NCBI GenBank assembly: GCA_028534125.1
Contig: CM052816.1
Location: forward strand, 24,926,001-24,990,000
DNA: 64,000 bases
Reading direction: 5' to 3'
Source: Lama glama
Taxonomy: Eukaryota
The notes under the pieces are model-generated. The model worked only from the letters and a program-made list of their open reading frames with translations, did no database searches and was not told where the DNA came from. Below, one piece after another: positions 1 through 12,134 of the stretch. The first letter of the stretch is position 1. Each line of letters starts with the position of its first letter. The position numbers and the translations under genes are program-made.

Positions 1-15
1 ATCATGTGACGAGTC

Positions 16-426
16 CAGAGGTCATGAACTAGCAGGGTAGAGGATGGAACAGGCCTGCAGGTGTTTTATTGGTTTGTTTGTTGATTTATTTTAATGTGTT
101 TAAAAGTTAATGCAGCAATTTTAAAATCAGGAGATTTTCAGGCGAAGGTTTGGATTTCAGCTTTTTGATGCTTCAGCTAGCAGTGGTCCTGCATTCCCAC
201 GTGGTCATCACAGTTGGGGACCCGCTGCCTTCAGGTGGGCTGGGGCTCTCCACGTTTCCACAGCTGCCCATCCTCCGTTGCCTCTTCCACTGGGCCTGTG
301 TCAGCTGCTGTTCATCATGCTGCTTGCACTTTAGTTTTCTCCGACCCCCAAACTTTTCTTACTCAGCTGATTTCTGTATTAATGTCACCTGTCCAGCCCT
401 TATAGACATTTATGTTTATGACCCTA
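16..426 (+). mobile_element. MER102-like non-autonomous hAT-Charlie DNA transposon, near full length
   Basis: Begins CAGAGGTCATGAACT and ends ATGTTTATGACCCTA (degenerate TIRs). Internal TTAAAATCAGGAGATTT...GGATTTCAGCT and GTGTCAGCTGCTGTTCATCAT resemble the MER102 consensus as recalled. Confidence 0.7.
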
Positions 427-3239
427 ACTCCTCTTAGTATCCCCGTTTTTGAAATTGGAGGGATGAGTTAGGAGATGTATTTTCCAAATCTTAACAACCT
501 GGATACTATTTTCTACTAATATTTGTATAAGACATTAGGGGAAAATGGATTAATTAGAATAAGGAGAGATTTAGGGTAGTCACGAGAAAGAACTGCTAGA
601 AGAAAATGTGAAAGAAACGTTTTTTTTTCCTGTTAGAGATTTTGAACTCTTGATTCTTAATTAAAGAAGGATAATTGCTTATATCTGTGCAATGCTATAG
701 TACTTTTGAAAGTGCTGTCTTATAAAAGAACTTGTATGAGCCCATTTTATGAGGCTGTTGTTTTAGAAAGGACATGGATGATGGGTGATAGTCCCATCTA
801 GGATGAACTCCATTGTGGGTGTGTGTCTCGGGGGGTAAATTAAGGACTTTATCATGGTTTCTTTTGGCTGTATAATTCCATTTTTCATAAAGACTGTGAT
901 CTTTCCTAGAAGAGTAGTAAATACACTGCAAAGGACTGAAGCTATTAGAACATGTTGGCTGCTTACAAAGATGGTTTAGGTTCCCCCTTTTATACTGATT
1001 TATGAGGCAGGTGGTATTAGCAATCATCCAGCTTATTACAACTATTTTCATTTCAGTATTGTAAATCTGAAGCACACCAAGATGTTTTCAAATAGCTGGC
1101 GAGACTTGGGAAATTTCTGTCAATTCAGGTTTCAGATAAGCACCTGTGGTGTGTGTAGAAGTCATTTGGCAGATTTCCCTTTTCTCCATTTCTACCTTAG
1201 TTTGGATTTGCAGGGAGAACAATGTTGGGATGAGTATCCAAACGTGTAAGGATAGCGTGGTGCCTGAAAAAGACCTCTGGCCACACATTTCAGTAGCCTG
1301 GGTCCAGGGCTTGCCATTTACCCTTTGTGTGACCTTGACTCATCTATAAAAGAGGGGGATTACTACAGCAAAGCCTGGCTTCCTCTGTGAGCCCGACACA
1401 CGGACCCCTGAATGGCACATTGAATGGCTTCTATTCTCCTTCCCACAGCCGTGGTAACTGCTCACTCTCAAAACTGTTCAAGACAACTAGTGTGTTAAAG
1501 CTTCCCTGAAGGAGAAGTATTTGCTCACAATTGGTAAAAAGTTGTTTAGAGTCAACAGTCAATGATATTTGAGCTTCCAGGAAGTTGCTTGGAAGACAGC
1601 AGTGGCAGGTACAGCTAGACTAAAGAATAATCTGGAGCACAGCAATGAGATAGTGTATTTTTGGCTACCTTTTCCCTTTACCTCTTCCCCTCTGGTAATG
1701 CTCGTGTCTCTAATAGTCCAAAGTCCTTTGATCACCCATGTCTCACAACTATGTCCTCTTGAGCAAGTGCTTCTTCTCCAGATCCTAACCCACTTGCTTT
1801 TTCCACCAAAATTTGGGTGTTGCAGTTTTGTGAAGCCCTAGTCCCTAAACAGATATAGTAGTTTACAAGTATGTGTTAAGGCAAACAGTGACTTACTATC
1901 TTGCCCCTCTGTTCCATTTGCATTCTAATCAGGGATATTCACAATCACAATACACAAACACATTATTGTCACTAAAGATAGAATTATAGATACCAAATGG
2001 TTAATTAGGAAAAGTATTTAGGGGCAGGGACAGCAGTCTTTGCAACAACCAGCAAAAGGCTGATGAAAGGGTAAGGCTGTAGGATAGCTCAGTATTCATG
2101 ACATTCAAAAATTACCTTCTGAGGCCTCACAGGTACAAGCTTCTGGAGTAAGACCTTTTCATTGGAAAACTCTAGGTTTTTTTTTTTTTAATTGTGCATG
2201 CATAATACCAGCATCAGAAAATTTTATCAGTAGTAAAAGTTGTGACCTCTTTTGGAAAATTCTCTGCTGGATTTTTGGGGATGGAGGAGAAGGCAATCAT
2301 TGTAGGACTGACTTTATAATGATAGACTATAATGTACTGAGTCTCATGGCGTTGAATGTTAGAAACGAAACCCAGTTATATGACAGAACAATCACTATTA
2401 CTAAACACTGGAAAAGGAAATGTGGCTGGTTGTGTGGTTTAGGAGCACATTTTTAGAGTAAACTTCTGTAAGATGAGCAAAATTTGCCCTGTTAAAAGCT
2501 AGTTACACTCTGAACATTAACATTCAGACTGTAGCATTTGACCTTCATTTTCGTGCTGTGTAATATTGGTAGTTATATTATTGGTAGTTATCATTTGATA
2601 TGATACTTTTAAAATTAGACCAGATAGCCAGCCAAAGTACTTATGACCTTTAATCAGGAGGTCAAGATGATTCTCTATGGGCAGACAAGGCACATTCTTT
2701 GGCCCCTAAAAGGGAGTAATTGATCCAATTGTTCTGTTGTTGTTTTGCTTTAGTTTTAGGTGTTTCTTCTCCACCCTCCATCACTTCTTTGACTTACTTG
2801 TCTACTTGTATATAATGTCCAATAAAAGAAAATATAAAATACAGCTGTATTCTATTCAAGGAAAAAGGTCCTCTGGATGTGAAATGTTTTCCAGATAAAG
2901 GCCAAATATTACTGATTCTTTGTTCAGCTGTACTATTTTCTGTTTCATACTCAGTTCATTCTGTGCTTTTATCTTTCTGTGTTCCTGTGACCTCTTAGGT
3001 AATACAGGCTTTTGATGTGTATTGTATAAAAGTGTGATGCCAAGTTGAATAAGCAAACTTATAACCAAACAGTGGCATTGGTAGAGCAGACTTGCTGGTA
3101 ACAAGGCTGTAGCAGGCCTGCCTTCTTAGAAAGGCTGGGTTAATTAAACATGGGGGTTTAGAACTTTATTTAATCTTTTTGCACTATGTTAATTTTTTAA
3201 AAGAAATGATTATTTTTTGCATGTCTGAAGAGGGATCTA

Positions 3240-3468
3240 TTATAATAATAATTTCTAATATTTGCATACATTTTAAAGTTAATTAACATTTTTACATATA
3301 TTATTTCTCTTAGTCATCACCATAGCCCTATAACTTGAATATTATTGTCCCTATTTTGTGGATGAAAATCTGAGACTCAGAAATATTATGTCATTTTATT
3401 AATATCAAATATCCAGTAACTGATGAATCTAATACTTGACAATCATCTTCTGACTCCTAGCCTGGAAT
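3240..3468 (-). mobile_element. MIR SINE
   Basis: Core motif ATTATTGTCCCTATTTTGTGGATGAAAATCTGAGACTCAGA and terminal TCTGACTCC. Confidence 0.75.
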
Positions 3469-3929
3469 ACTGAGAGACTAATTTCTTGCTGTTCTGTACA
3501 TTACATATCTGCTAGTACTACCTTTCTTCTGTTGAAACCTTGGTTTTCTTCTATTTTCTTCTCTGTCATCTGAAAAGAATCCTGAAATACTGAGTGTTCT
3601 ATCCCCCCTCATCTCCCCTTCCAAAATTGCTCTTTTTCTCTGCTTTGCAAAAGAGGCATAATCCTCATCCATCTTACATGAATCTTACTTACTACTTTGT
3701 GTTGCCATGGGATGGATACCTTCCACCAACCCTAAGAGGTACTTTCTAAATGCATTCTTTTGAGAAAGATAATCACAGCAGCAAAAAAGAAGGGATTCCT
3801 AATGGACTGTTGAAGGGGTGGGAGCTTATTTCATTCATACAATAAACTTAAGTCAAAGAACTATTCCTGACTGTACAGCCTCTGAGGAACCATGTGGATG
3901 AACCTAAGAATTTTTCACATTGAAATAGA

Positions 3930-4185
3930 AATTCTGGGATACCTGCTCTGATATTTATCCTTCACTGATTGAAAGGTGCTGTTGAAGTGTTAAATCCCAC
4001 GCATCACAGGCTGCTCAGCCCAGGATTGAGCAAGCTCTCATGGCCATGAAGCTTCTAGGCAGAGAATCTCAGAGACACCATGCTCTGGGGGGAAAGCTGT
4101 CTGTGTGCTGGGAACTGTCTGTTGTTGCTGCAGGTAAACTCAGAGGTGGACTGAATGGATGTGTACTAGTGAAGTTGTGCATCTG
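3930..4185 (-). mobile_element. ERVL LTR fragment (LTR16/LTR33-like)
   Basis: GATATTTATCC...GTGTTAAATCCC, CTAGGCAGAGA and GCTGCAGGTAAACTCAGAGGTGGACTGAATGGATGTG resemble the reverse complement of LTR16/LTR33. Confidence 0.5.
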
Positions 4186-4559
4186 GGAGTGTGTATGTTT
4201 GTTCCTTCAAATTTGAGTGAGGTTTTGATGGATAACATTATATATTAAGATGACATTATGGAATAGGGACTAGATCCAGAAATGCCAAGATTCTGCCTTG
4301 GCCAGTTTACTCTCATCAAAGGAGACAGATACAAACATAAAGGAGGATTATAAACAAGAAATACAGTATTGCCTTATTGTTATACGAAAGCGTGTTACTC
4401 CAGTGCAGAGCTCTCTGGAAAACTGGGCTGGAGCTCATGACTTTAGCTTAAATACTAAATGGGGTTCTTTCTTACCTTATACCCAAATCCTACAACTTTA
4501 TGTTTATAGGGTTTGAAAGGATCATTATGGATGATTAAGGATGATTATAGTCCGTATAT

Positions 4560-4907
4560 ACACAAAAATTTATTGCAAGAAGGTTTACATGATCGAAGGG
4601 GCTGCCAAGTAAGGTCTGAAATCCTTCAAGCAGGCTGTTAGGAAGGGCAGCCTGGAATCCTTTGGCATGGGCTGGAGCTGTTGTCCACAACTAGAATTTG
4701 TTCTACTTTAGGGAAGCCTCAACTCTACTCCTAAAGCCTTTCAATTGGCTGAATTGGGCCTACACAGATTATCTAGGATAACTTCCCTTACTTAAAGTCA
4801 ACTGAGTATGCACTATAATCAAAATATCTTCACAGCAGCATCTAGATTAATGTTTCACTGAATGCCAGGGCTGTATAATGTAGCCAAGTTGACAAAAAAT
4901 TATCATA
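4560..4907 (-). mobile_element. MLT2-type ERVL LTR
   Basis: CCTTTCAATTGGCTGAATTGGGCCTACACAGATTATCTAGGATAACTTCCCTTACTTAAAGTCAACTGA and TAGCCAAGTTGACA are typical of MLT2 in reverse orientation. Confidence 0.8.
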
Positions 4908-5124
4908 GAGGACAACTGAAGAAAGACTGTCAGGTGCTCACCCAGCTAATGCAGGACCTGGCTCACTTTTTATGTGTGTTTTGAGAAGAAAGTCCTAATG
5001 AAAGCCATGTAGTTACGCTTGACTTTTATTTGTACTCTAAGCCTATCTATCTGTAAGTATATTTCTGTTGGTAACATGGAATTGATATAGTTAGAATGGT
5101 ATCATGTCCTTTATGGAAGCACTA

Positions 5125-5891
5125 AGTTACGGTGTACAATTCTGGTACCAATTTTGACTTGTGTGGTGGTTTATTTTCCCCTCACCACCAAGCAATTCTC
5201 AGATACTACCTCCCTGGAGAAGCATCATATCTTACAGTTTAGGGCTTCAGTCCTATAAGAGTGTCTCTCTCCCCCCTGTTTCAGACTCCAGTCACAAGTC
5301 CAGGTTGCATCTGTGCTTCTGACCTACCCTCTATAGTTGGAGGCTCTAACGACCCCCTCCTTGAGTTTGATTAATCTGCTAGAGTGGCTCATAGAAGTCA
5401 GAGAAACATTTTACTTACCAGATTACTGCTTTACTATAAAAGGATGTAACTCAGGAACAGCCAAACAGAATAGATGCTTAGGGAAAGATAAGGAGAAAGG
5501 GTGAAGAGCTTCCATGATCTCTGAGGGTGCCACCCTTCTAGCACCACCATGTCTTCACCAGGAAGCCACCTCATCCTTTTGGGTCTGTATGGAGGCTTCA
5601 TTACATAGGCACATTTGATACAATTCATTGGCCATCAGGGATTGATTCAGCTTCCTGGAGGTCAGAGTGGGTGGGATTGAAAGTTCCAACCCTCTAATCA
5701 CCTGGTTGATTCTCTTGGCAACCAGCTCCCATCGTTAGGTGCATTTCAAAAGTCACTTTATGATCACAACAAGATACCTTTATCCCTCTGGCCATTTAGG
5801 ATATCCCAAGCGTTTTAGGATCTCAGTGCCAGGAGCTGGGACTGGGATGAAGATCCAATATGTATTACTTATTATAAACTACAATATCACA
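5125..5891 (-). mobile_element. MER21-family solo LTR
   Basis: Minus strand starts TGTGATATTGTAGTTTATAATAAG (MER21 start). Internal TTTGATTAATCTGCTAGAGTGGCTCA, GAAAGTTCCAACCCTCTAATCAC and GGAGGCTTCATTACATAGGCA. Left boundary approximate. Confidence 0.8.
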
Positions 5892-5934
5892 GGTGGTTAG
5901 AAGAGTGTTTCTCTACTTGCTTCCCCATAGGTGC

Positions 5935-5938
<4 letters not shown>

Positions 5939-5965
<27 letters not shown>

Positions 5966-5966
5966 T
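5939..5966. repeat. (GT)14 microsatellite
   Basis: Perfect GT dinucleotide run. Confidence 0.95.
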
Positions 5967-7059
5967 ATTTTGGGGCAGTTCTGGCTTGCATAGAATGCTT
6001 GTCTGCTATTGTATAATAAAATCTCTAAAATGGGTCTTATTAAGACATCCGTTAACTTAACTGCAAAGTTACATCAAATTTTGATTATTTCCTTTTTTTC
6101 CTACTCTGTAACTATGTTAGTCAGGTTATATAATGGGCATTTCACATTTTTTCATTACTTACTCATTGCCATCAATCCAAAAGGGGCCTCAGATTTGAAT
6201 AAGATGAATATAATATTTTCTATTAATAATTTTCCATAAAGATATTAAAGCCTACACATGGTATTACTCATCTTGTAGAAATGAAGTGTTTAGTACAGTT
6301 AAGGTCTGAAAATATTCCTTACCAATCTTTCTCTTCTGCATAGTCCCAAATAGAGGACACTCACTCATGTGCATAATTAATGACTTAATTCCTTCTTTAG
6401 CAGCTGTGTCCTGAGCTGTCCTCCCTTCACTGTATCTAGTGATAGATACTTCATGATCTCAAAAATTGAATTCGTCCATCATTGAGTACAGAGTTTCTAA
6501 AGTTCCAAAATCTGGGAAGATATATCATATCTTATCACTAGCCTCACATTCCTAAAATTTACAACACACAAATCCTCAGCCATCATAGCAGTTATGTCAA
6601 ATAAAAATAATATTCTTAAAGCTCAGTGTGTTTTATAGACCCTCATTATAATTTCCACCCATAAGCCATGCATGAGTCTAAGGAACATTGTGAAATAGAG
6701 GAATTCTCTCATCAGGCATTTATGGAGAAACTGCGTTTCTCTCTTCCCTACGGGGGAGGTGACAAGGAGGGGGTGAAGCTCATCCGTAAATACTATCTCT
6801 GCTCTTCTCCGAAAGTAGTATTGAAAACACACTTCTCTACTTGTAGAGCTCAGCTTTGGGTCTTTCCTGAGGATCTTTTTTACTCTTCAGTTGTCAACCT
6901 TTTGAAAACCTCTTAAGAATTTTTTTTCTTCCCCTGAGTTCTTGGAACTCAAATCAGAAAATAATAGGAGAGACAAAGGAAAAAGGACTCAGTGCCAAGA
7001 AGTGGTAGAACAATAAAGAATTATTATAAAGCATGCAAGACTGAAATAAGACAGTAATT

Positions 7060-7230
7060 ATTAAAAAGAAAAAAGCCAGACATTTTGAAATTAAAAACAA
7101 ATGAATAAATAATCCAAAGGTCAAACGGGGAATCATAATGAAAATATAAAATACATAAACCCGAATGACAATTAAATACTACCTATAAAACTTCCAGGGT
7201 ACAACTGAAGTGGTATTTGAGAACAATTTA
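7060..7230 (+). mobile_element. Old L1 ORF2 fragment
   Basis: GAAATTAAAAACAAATGAATAAATAATCCAAAGGTCAAA...GGTACAACTGAAGTGGTATTTGAGAACAATTTAT resembles L1 ORF2 just after the endonuclease domain. Confidence 0.55.
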
Positions 7231-7235
7231 TATTC

Positions 7236-7430
7236 TTTTTCTTTTTGCTTTTAATTATGTATTTTTATTAAAGTATAGACAATTTGAAATATGTGAACTT
7301 CTGGTGTACAGCATAGTGCTTCAGTCACATAGGAATATACATACATTTGTTTTCATATTTTTCACCATAAGTTACTACAAGATACTGAATATAGTTCTCT
7401 GTGCTATACAGTATAGACTTGTTGTTTTTT
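7236..7430 (-). mobile_element. Camelid-type L1 3' end, severely 5'-truncated
   Basis: T-rich tail, then TTTTATTAAAGTATAG...TTCTGGTGTACAGCATAGTGCTTCAGTC...GAATATAGTTCTCTGTGCTATACAG, homologous to copies at 12.9k, 24.5k, 33.9k and 51.2k. Confidence 0.85.
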
Positions 7431-7971
7431 TGGATTTTGTGAGACTCCTCCTGTGTGTTATTATATAATATTTTAATAGCTTGTGTATGTTTATGCCACT
7501 GATATGTGAGTAAACTTGTTTTTGGCAAAGAATATAAACTACTCATCTTTGTATGAGTAAATTCCTGCAGCATGGTAGATACGCTTATAAGCATTTTATT
7601 GAATTCATAAATGCTGGGGTAAATTTGAGACTGCCAAATATGATCATTTTTAAGATTTCTAGACTATATAAATCCCACGTCCAAACTTATATTGTAGAAG
7701 CCTAATAAGTTTACTGGTGGTTTCCATTTTCATAGCTACTGGAATGAAAAAGAATTTTCCCCTTGGAGAATAATAATTCATTGTCCAATTAGTGTAACTA
7801 ATGAATGTCGTACTGAAAGGATAAGGGTTATGGAACCAAGCTCTTAATAAAAATATGGGTATTGGAACTAAGGAAAAAGAGAATTAGGCATAGTCAGGAA
7901 GAAAGAAGTCATAAAACTCTTCAGGATGAAATGTTCTAATTTATTATTTATGAACCATGCACCTGGGAAAC

Positions 7972-8105
7972 AGGAACTAATAAGTGGTATGTATGTTATA
8001 AAGTGATTAGCATGCTGCTAGCTATGCCACTAGCAAACACAGTAACTCCTAAGTAATATGAATGTTATAAAGTGATTACAGTGCTGCTAGCTATGCTATT
8101 AGCAA
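7972..8105. repeat. Diverged tandem duplication, 69-bp period, about 2 copies
   Basis: ATGTTATAAAGTGATTA...TGCTGCTAGCTATGC...TAGCAA occurs twice, 69 bp apart. Confidence 0.9.
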
Positions 8106-8619
8106 GCTGCTTAGCATTGCGCCAATTATTTAATATCTTTAGACTTTAGGTTTTGCTTTTGAGCATTAAATATGTTAGCCTTAAAACAGCTTAGGTCCCA
8201 CCTGTTATTATATGTCTTTTCTCTTTGTCATATATTCTTTTTCCAAATATTAGAAAAACAGATAGTCCACTCAGTTTCAGTGACTCAGTAATTCAGGAAA
8301 ACATTGGTTTTATATGTACTGGGAGTGACATCTGCAAATTGAATGTATCCCAATAAGTTAGGTCTAAAATTTACAGAGATGAGATGTCTTTAAGGGTAAT
8401 GATATATAATAATAATTCCAGACAGTTTTGTGACAAAGAAATTGAAACACAAATAATGTGAAAGCACTGCTTCCACCTGGAATTGCTTGTTTCCTAAAAT
8501 GTGCATTCTGGCACATGGAGCGATGAGGCAGAGAAGCACCTTGGAGTTCAGAGAATTTTAATTGCAGGGTTTATGACAATTATCTAAAGCTATCTATGAA
8601 TCAAAAGGGCTTATCCTAG

Positions 8620-8848
8620 GGCAGTGTGGTATGGTAGATAGGTCTGAGTTCAGAATGAAATGGAAATAGGATTAAAATTCATACTTGGCATTAGCCACTA
8701 AATTTAAGGAATTTACTTAATTTCCCTGCATCTTAATTTCTTCATCTATAATATGGGGATCATAATACCTATGTTATATGGTTTTATAATAAATAAATAG
8801 AACACCTAAATAAAGTGTTTGGTACATAGTAGGTACTTAAAAATGGCC
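8620..8848 (+). mobile_element. MIR SINE
   Basis: GGCAGTGTGGTATGGTAG head, TTTCTTCATCTATAATATGGGGATCATAATACCTA core, GGTACATAGTAGGTACTTAAAAATG tail. Confidence 0.75.
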
Positions 8849-8929
8849 TTTCTGATTCAGTTTTATTCTTTTCATTGACCTTCATATCTTCTTTGAAATC
8901 CACAGCTTGGACGCATGAAAACATCCAAC

Positions 8930-9165
8930 TATTTAATAATTCAAGAAATATTTACTGAGAGTCCTTTTTGTATCAGATGATTTTTTAAATGCTAGAGATA
9001 CAGTGGCATCTCTAGGCACACATTTCCCGCTTTCATGGAGTTTACACTCTAGTAGAGGAGAAAGGAAAAAAAACAATAAAATACCATTAGAAGTTGTTAT
9101 AACTGCTCTGAAGAAAACAAATAGGAATTATGGGAAAATAGTGAAGTATTGGGTGGGAGGGATCA
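8930..9165 (-). mobile_element. L2 3' end
   Basis: ATTCAAGAAATATTTACTGAGAGTCC...TGCTAGAGATACAGTGG...TTCATGGAGTTTACACTCTAGT is the L2a terminus in reverse. Confidence 0.75.
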
Positions 9166-9879
9166 GAAGAGACATCTATTATATTAAAAGAGGAAAATAA
9201 ATCAATTTCAGTTAAAAATAATAACTTACGTCAGTAAATTCAGGAGGGTGTGTACACGTCAGCAAAATAGTAGAGAGAAACAGAATTAACTCAAGCAAAC
9301 AAAGCCAAAAGTGATTTTACCAGAAATTGAGCAACTGTGATCTAGGTAGTTTCACTATGGAAGAAATCTAGGGCTGAATTTGGAAAAGAAAAGATGAGAT
9401 CATCATGGTTGTAGTCTGGTAAAAAAAGATCTGTAGCAAAATGGACCACTCCAAAACTTCTTGGATCCTGAAGTTCTGCTGTATCTTTCATGACTTGGTC
9501 AGGGTGAATAAGTAAGGTCTTTGTATCATGTTGTTTCCCCTATCATATCTAATATTACCACTCTATTAGAGGGAACAAGACAGTTAACAGTAAAACATGA
9601 GACATGAGGAAGCATTAGCATGTGAGGAATAAAGGGGCTTTGAGATAAATGTGGGCAAAGTAACTTACCAATCCTTATTCCATTAAGAATAATTGAAAAA
9701 TTTGGATAAACTCTTCAACAGTATCTTTTTGAAGGGAGCAGAGAGCTACAAGGAAATGAAAAATTAGAGCAAGTTCTTGGAAAAGAAAGAAACCAAGAGA
9801 GATGAACCCAGTGTTTGACTCGAGACAAATTTTGAATTATAAAGGCAGTGTATATATATATGTCATTGAAGTATTGCTT

Positions 9880-10160
9880 GTGATAGTGAGAGTCCAATGT
9901 CCTATCCTTAAAGACAATTAACGATTGAATGGAGAGACAACCTTGATACAGTCAAATGATAGAATACTGTACAAGGCATGCAAAAAGTTAAGCATAGCAA
10001 CATTTACCAGCATGGGTGGATTTCCAGCATCCAACATTGAGAGAAAGTAGGCAGTCTAGTGAAATGCATAGATTGATTTATTTTTCAAGTATGCACAAAT
10101 AATTTTATATATTTTTATGCATACATAAATGTTTAAGATAGGTATAAAATAGTTGTTTAC
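9880..10160 (+). mobile_element. Ancient L1 (L1ME-like) 3' UTR fragment
   Basis: AATGATAGAATACTGTACAAGGC...CAGCATGGGTGGATTTCCAGCATCCAACATTGAGAGAAAG resembles old L1 3' ends. Confidence 0.45.
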
Positions 10161-10747
10161 TGCTATGGAGTTACCTGGTAAAATCCTATGTAAATCATTT
10201 GTATCAATTACAGGGACTAAAAACACACTAGATAGAGATACAGACTAACAAAGAAAAAAAGCCTGCAAACTAAGAGCATACACTCAAACTACTAAGTTTT
10301 CTAACTCTTAATGAACTAAGATCTCATTGGAAAATAATAGCTTGCATAAAAATCATTTTTATCTGAAACAGATTCTTTCCTTAAATATAATTTTATATGC
10401 TTTGATGAATATGTAAAACAATGAAAGAAAGTTTAGAAGGGTACACTTTAATACATGATACTCAGTTTTTTTGGTGGCTATAGAGATGGGGCTGGGGATA
10501 ATAGATAAGAGAAAGGCAAACCAAAAATTCTGAGATCATATCTGCTCTGATAATGATATTATGTCACTAACTGGAGGGTACTTTTGATTGAAATCTGTGT
10601 ATTTAGAGGTCATGAATATGCATAGGAAGAAGAAAATACTTTTCGATTCAACTTGTTGCTTAATTCTGAAGTCTTAGGAAAATGAAGAGGAGAATTTTCA
10701 AAGGGGAAGAAATGATCCACTCTAAAGAATTGGTTTTTTAAGGGAAA

Positions 10748-11551
10748 TAAGTGAAAACTGAGTGTGACTATACACGAGTCTTGGGTCTCTTTGTGATCTT
10801 CAGTTCTGCACAAGTTCCTATAATGGTAATTTCAACTGTCACGTGGGTACCTGCTAATAAAATATGTCTTAAAATTTTTATATGATTAATTCACCAGTAA
10901 TCAGTATAACTTTTAAACTTTTAGAAATACGTTGTAGTGCACACCTTAAACATTGTTTTAATCAGTTTGTGTAATGCACAAGCTGTCTCAGATAGTGAGT
11001 GGATTGAAATTTTAATCAGGAGAATATTTAATGTTTTCTTTTAGTCTGGTTCTTATCCCCAGTGGTTTGCATTGTAGTGCAGTTGTGTTCTTCAGTGTTC
11101 ACCACAACTTACATTTGTTTGTCTTGCTCTTTTGCTCTTTGATTGCCAAAGCCTTTCTCATTCTTCTTTCTCAGCTCATATTCGTTGTCATGCAATATAT
11201 TGTAGTGCATATGATCATTCCTCTAGTGTCAGCATTTCTTCTCCTGTTTCTCAGAGTTCTTATATATTATGGTGCCATTTGTTCACTTCTTGAAATCTCT
11301 CATCATATAAATAAATGCTCAAATGTGCATAGTGTTTCCTTGTTAACATAACCTCTCAGAATCATGTAGACTACAGTTACGTCTTTTGCTCAGGTTGAGT
11401 GTTACAGTTGACACATAAGGTAAAAATCATTTATAATAATTGTTTCTGAAAATTCTTTTAAATCAGCTACAAAATGCAGTATACCTGGTGTTTGTTTGAA
11501 ATAGATGGATTTTCTTCAGTTTAGTTCAGTTTAATCATTGGCTTAGTAGGC
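10748..11551 (-). mobile_element. Probable non-autonomous Helitron relic with degraded RepHel N-terminal coding remnants
   Basis: Minus strand: 5' end (g)CCTACTAAG, similar to a TC start. ATG at 11278 opens MAP*YIRTLRNRRRN. Across frameshifts it reads TLEE*SYALQYIA*QRI*AEKEE*ERL (STPR-like repeats; TGA stops consistent with CGA decay), then KYSPD...KQCLRC (CxxC at 10941-10952). The 3' end has a decayed hairpin CTCGTGTATAGTCACAC followed by TTTTCACTTA|T in place of CTAG|T. Confidence 0.55.
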
Positions 11552-12134
11552 TTAAACATTCTATACTATATGTTTGTATATATAATAATATATTTAATAC
11601 ATAAAGAAATATATACTATATGTATTATATTCAGTCCATATACACACTCACAAGGGAGTAGCTAACTTTATGGGAGACACTCATGAATGGTGGCCAACTG
11701 AGGAAACAACAGAGTCATGTTTTCTATCTAGTGTTCTCTCCTGAGTATGTGTCAGTGAGGGGAACAGTGGAGAATCAAAACACTATTTAATTGTCTTTTC
11801 TCTCTCTCATTGATTGTGTTTCTGTCCTTCCCATCTGCATGCATAAAAAATACATGTATAATGTTCATATAGAGTTATTTGCTGAAACAAATTTATGAAT
11901 TATTTTATGCATTGAGTAAATTGTAACATAGTAAGATTATAGTAGTGAGATTATAGAAATTTCAAGCTCACGTTCATATTGATGAAGTAAGTAAAACTCA
12001 AGTACATAGTAATTCTCAGTCATCTCTGCCTGTCAGCATTTATATGTGAGTGTGTGCTTATCATGTAATTTTCAGGGTACTGATACATTCAGTATTTGAG
12101 AAATCACTTCCAAATGAATCTTAGAAAACTGTGA

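Noticed and set aside
11031..11351. 106-aa hydrophobic + strand ORF resembling a membrane protein
   Set aside because: Its L/F/S/V-rich composition is the antisense shadow of the purine-rich minus-strand remnant. There is no promoter, splice or homology support.
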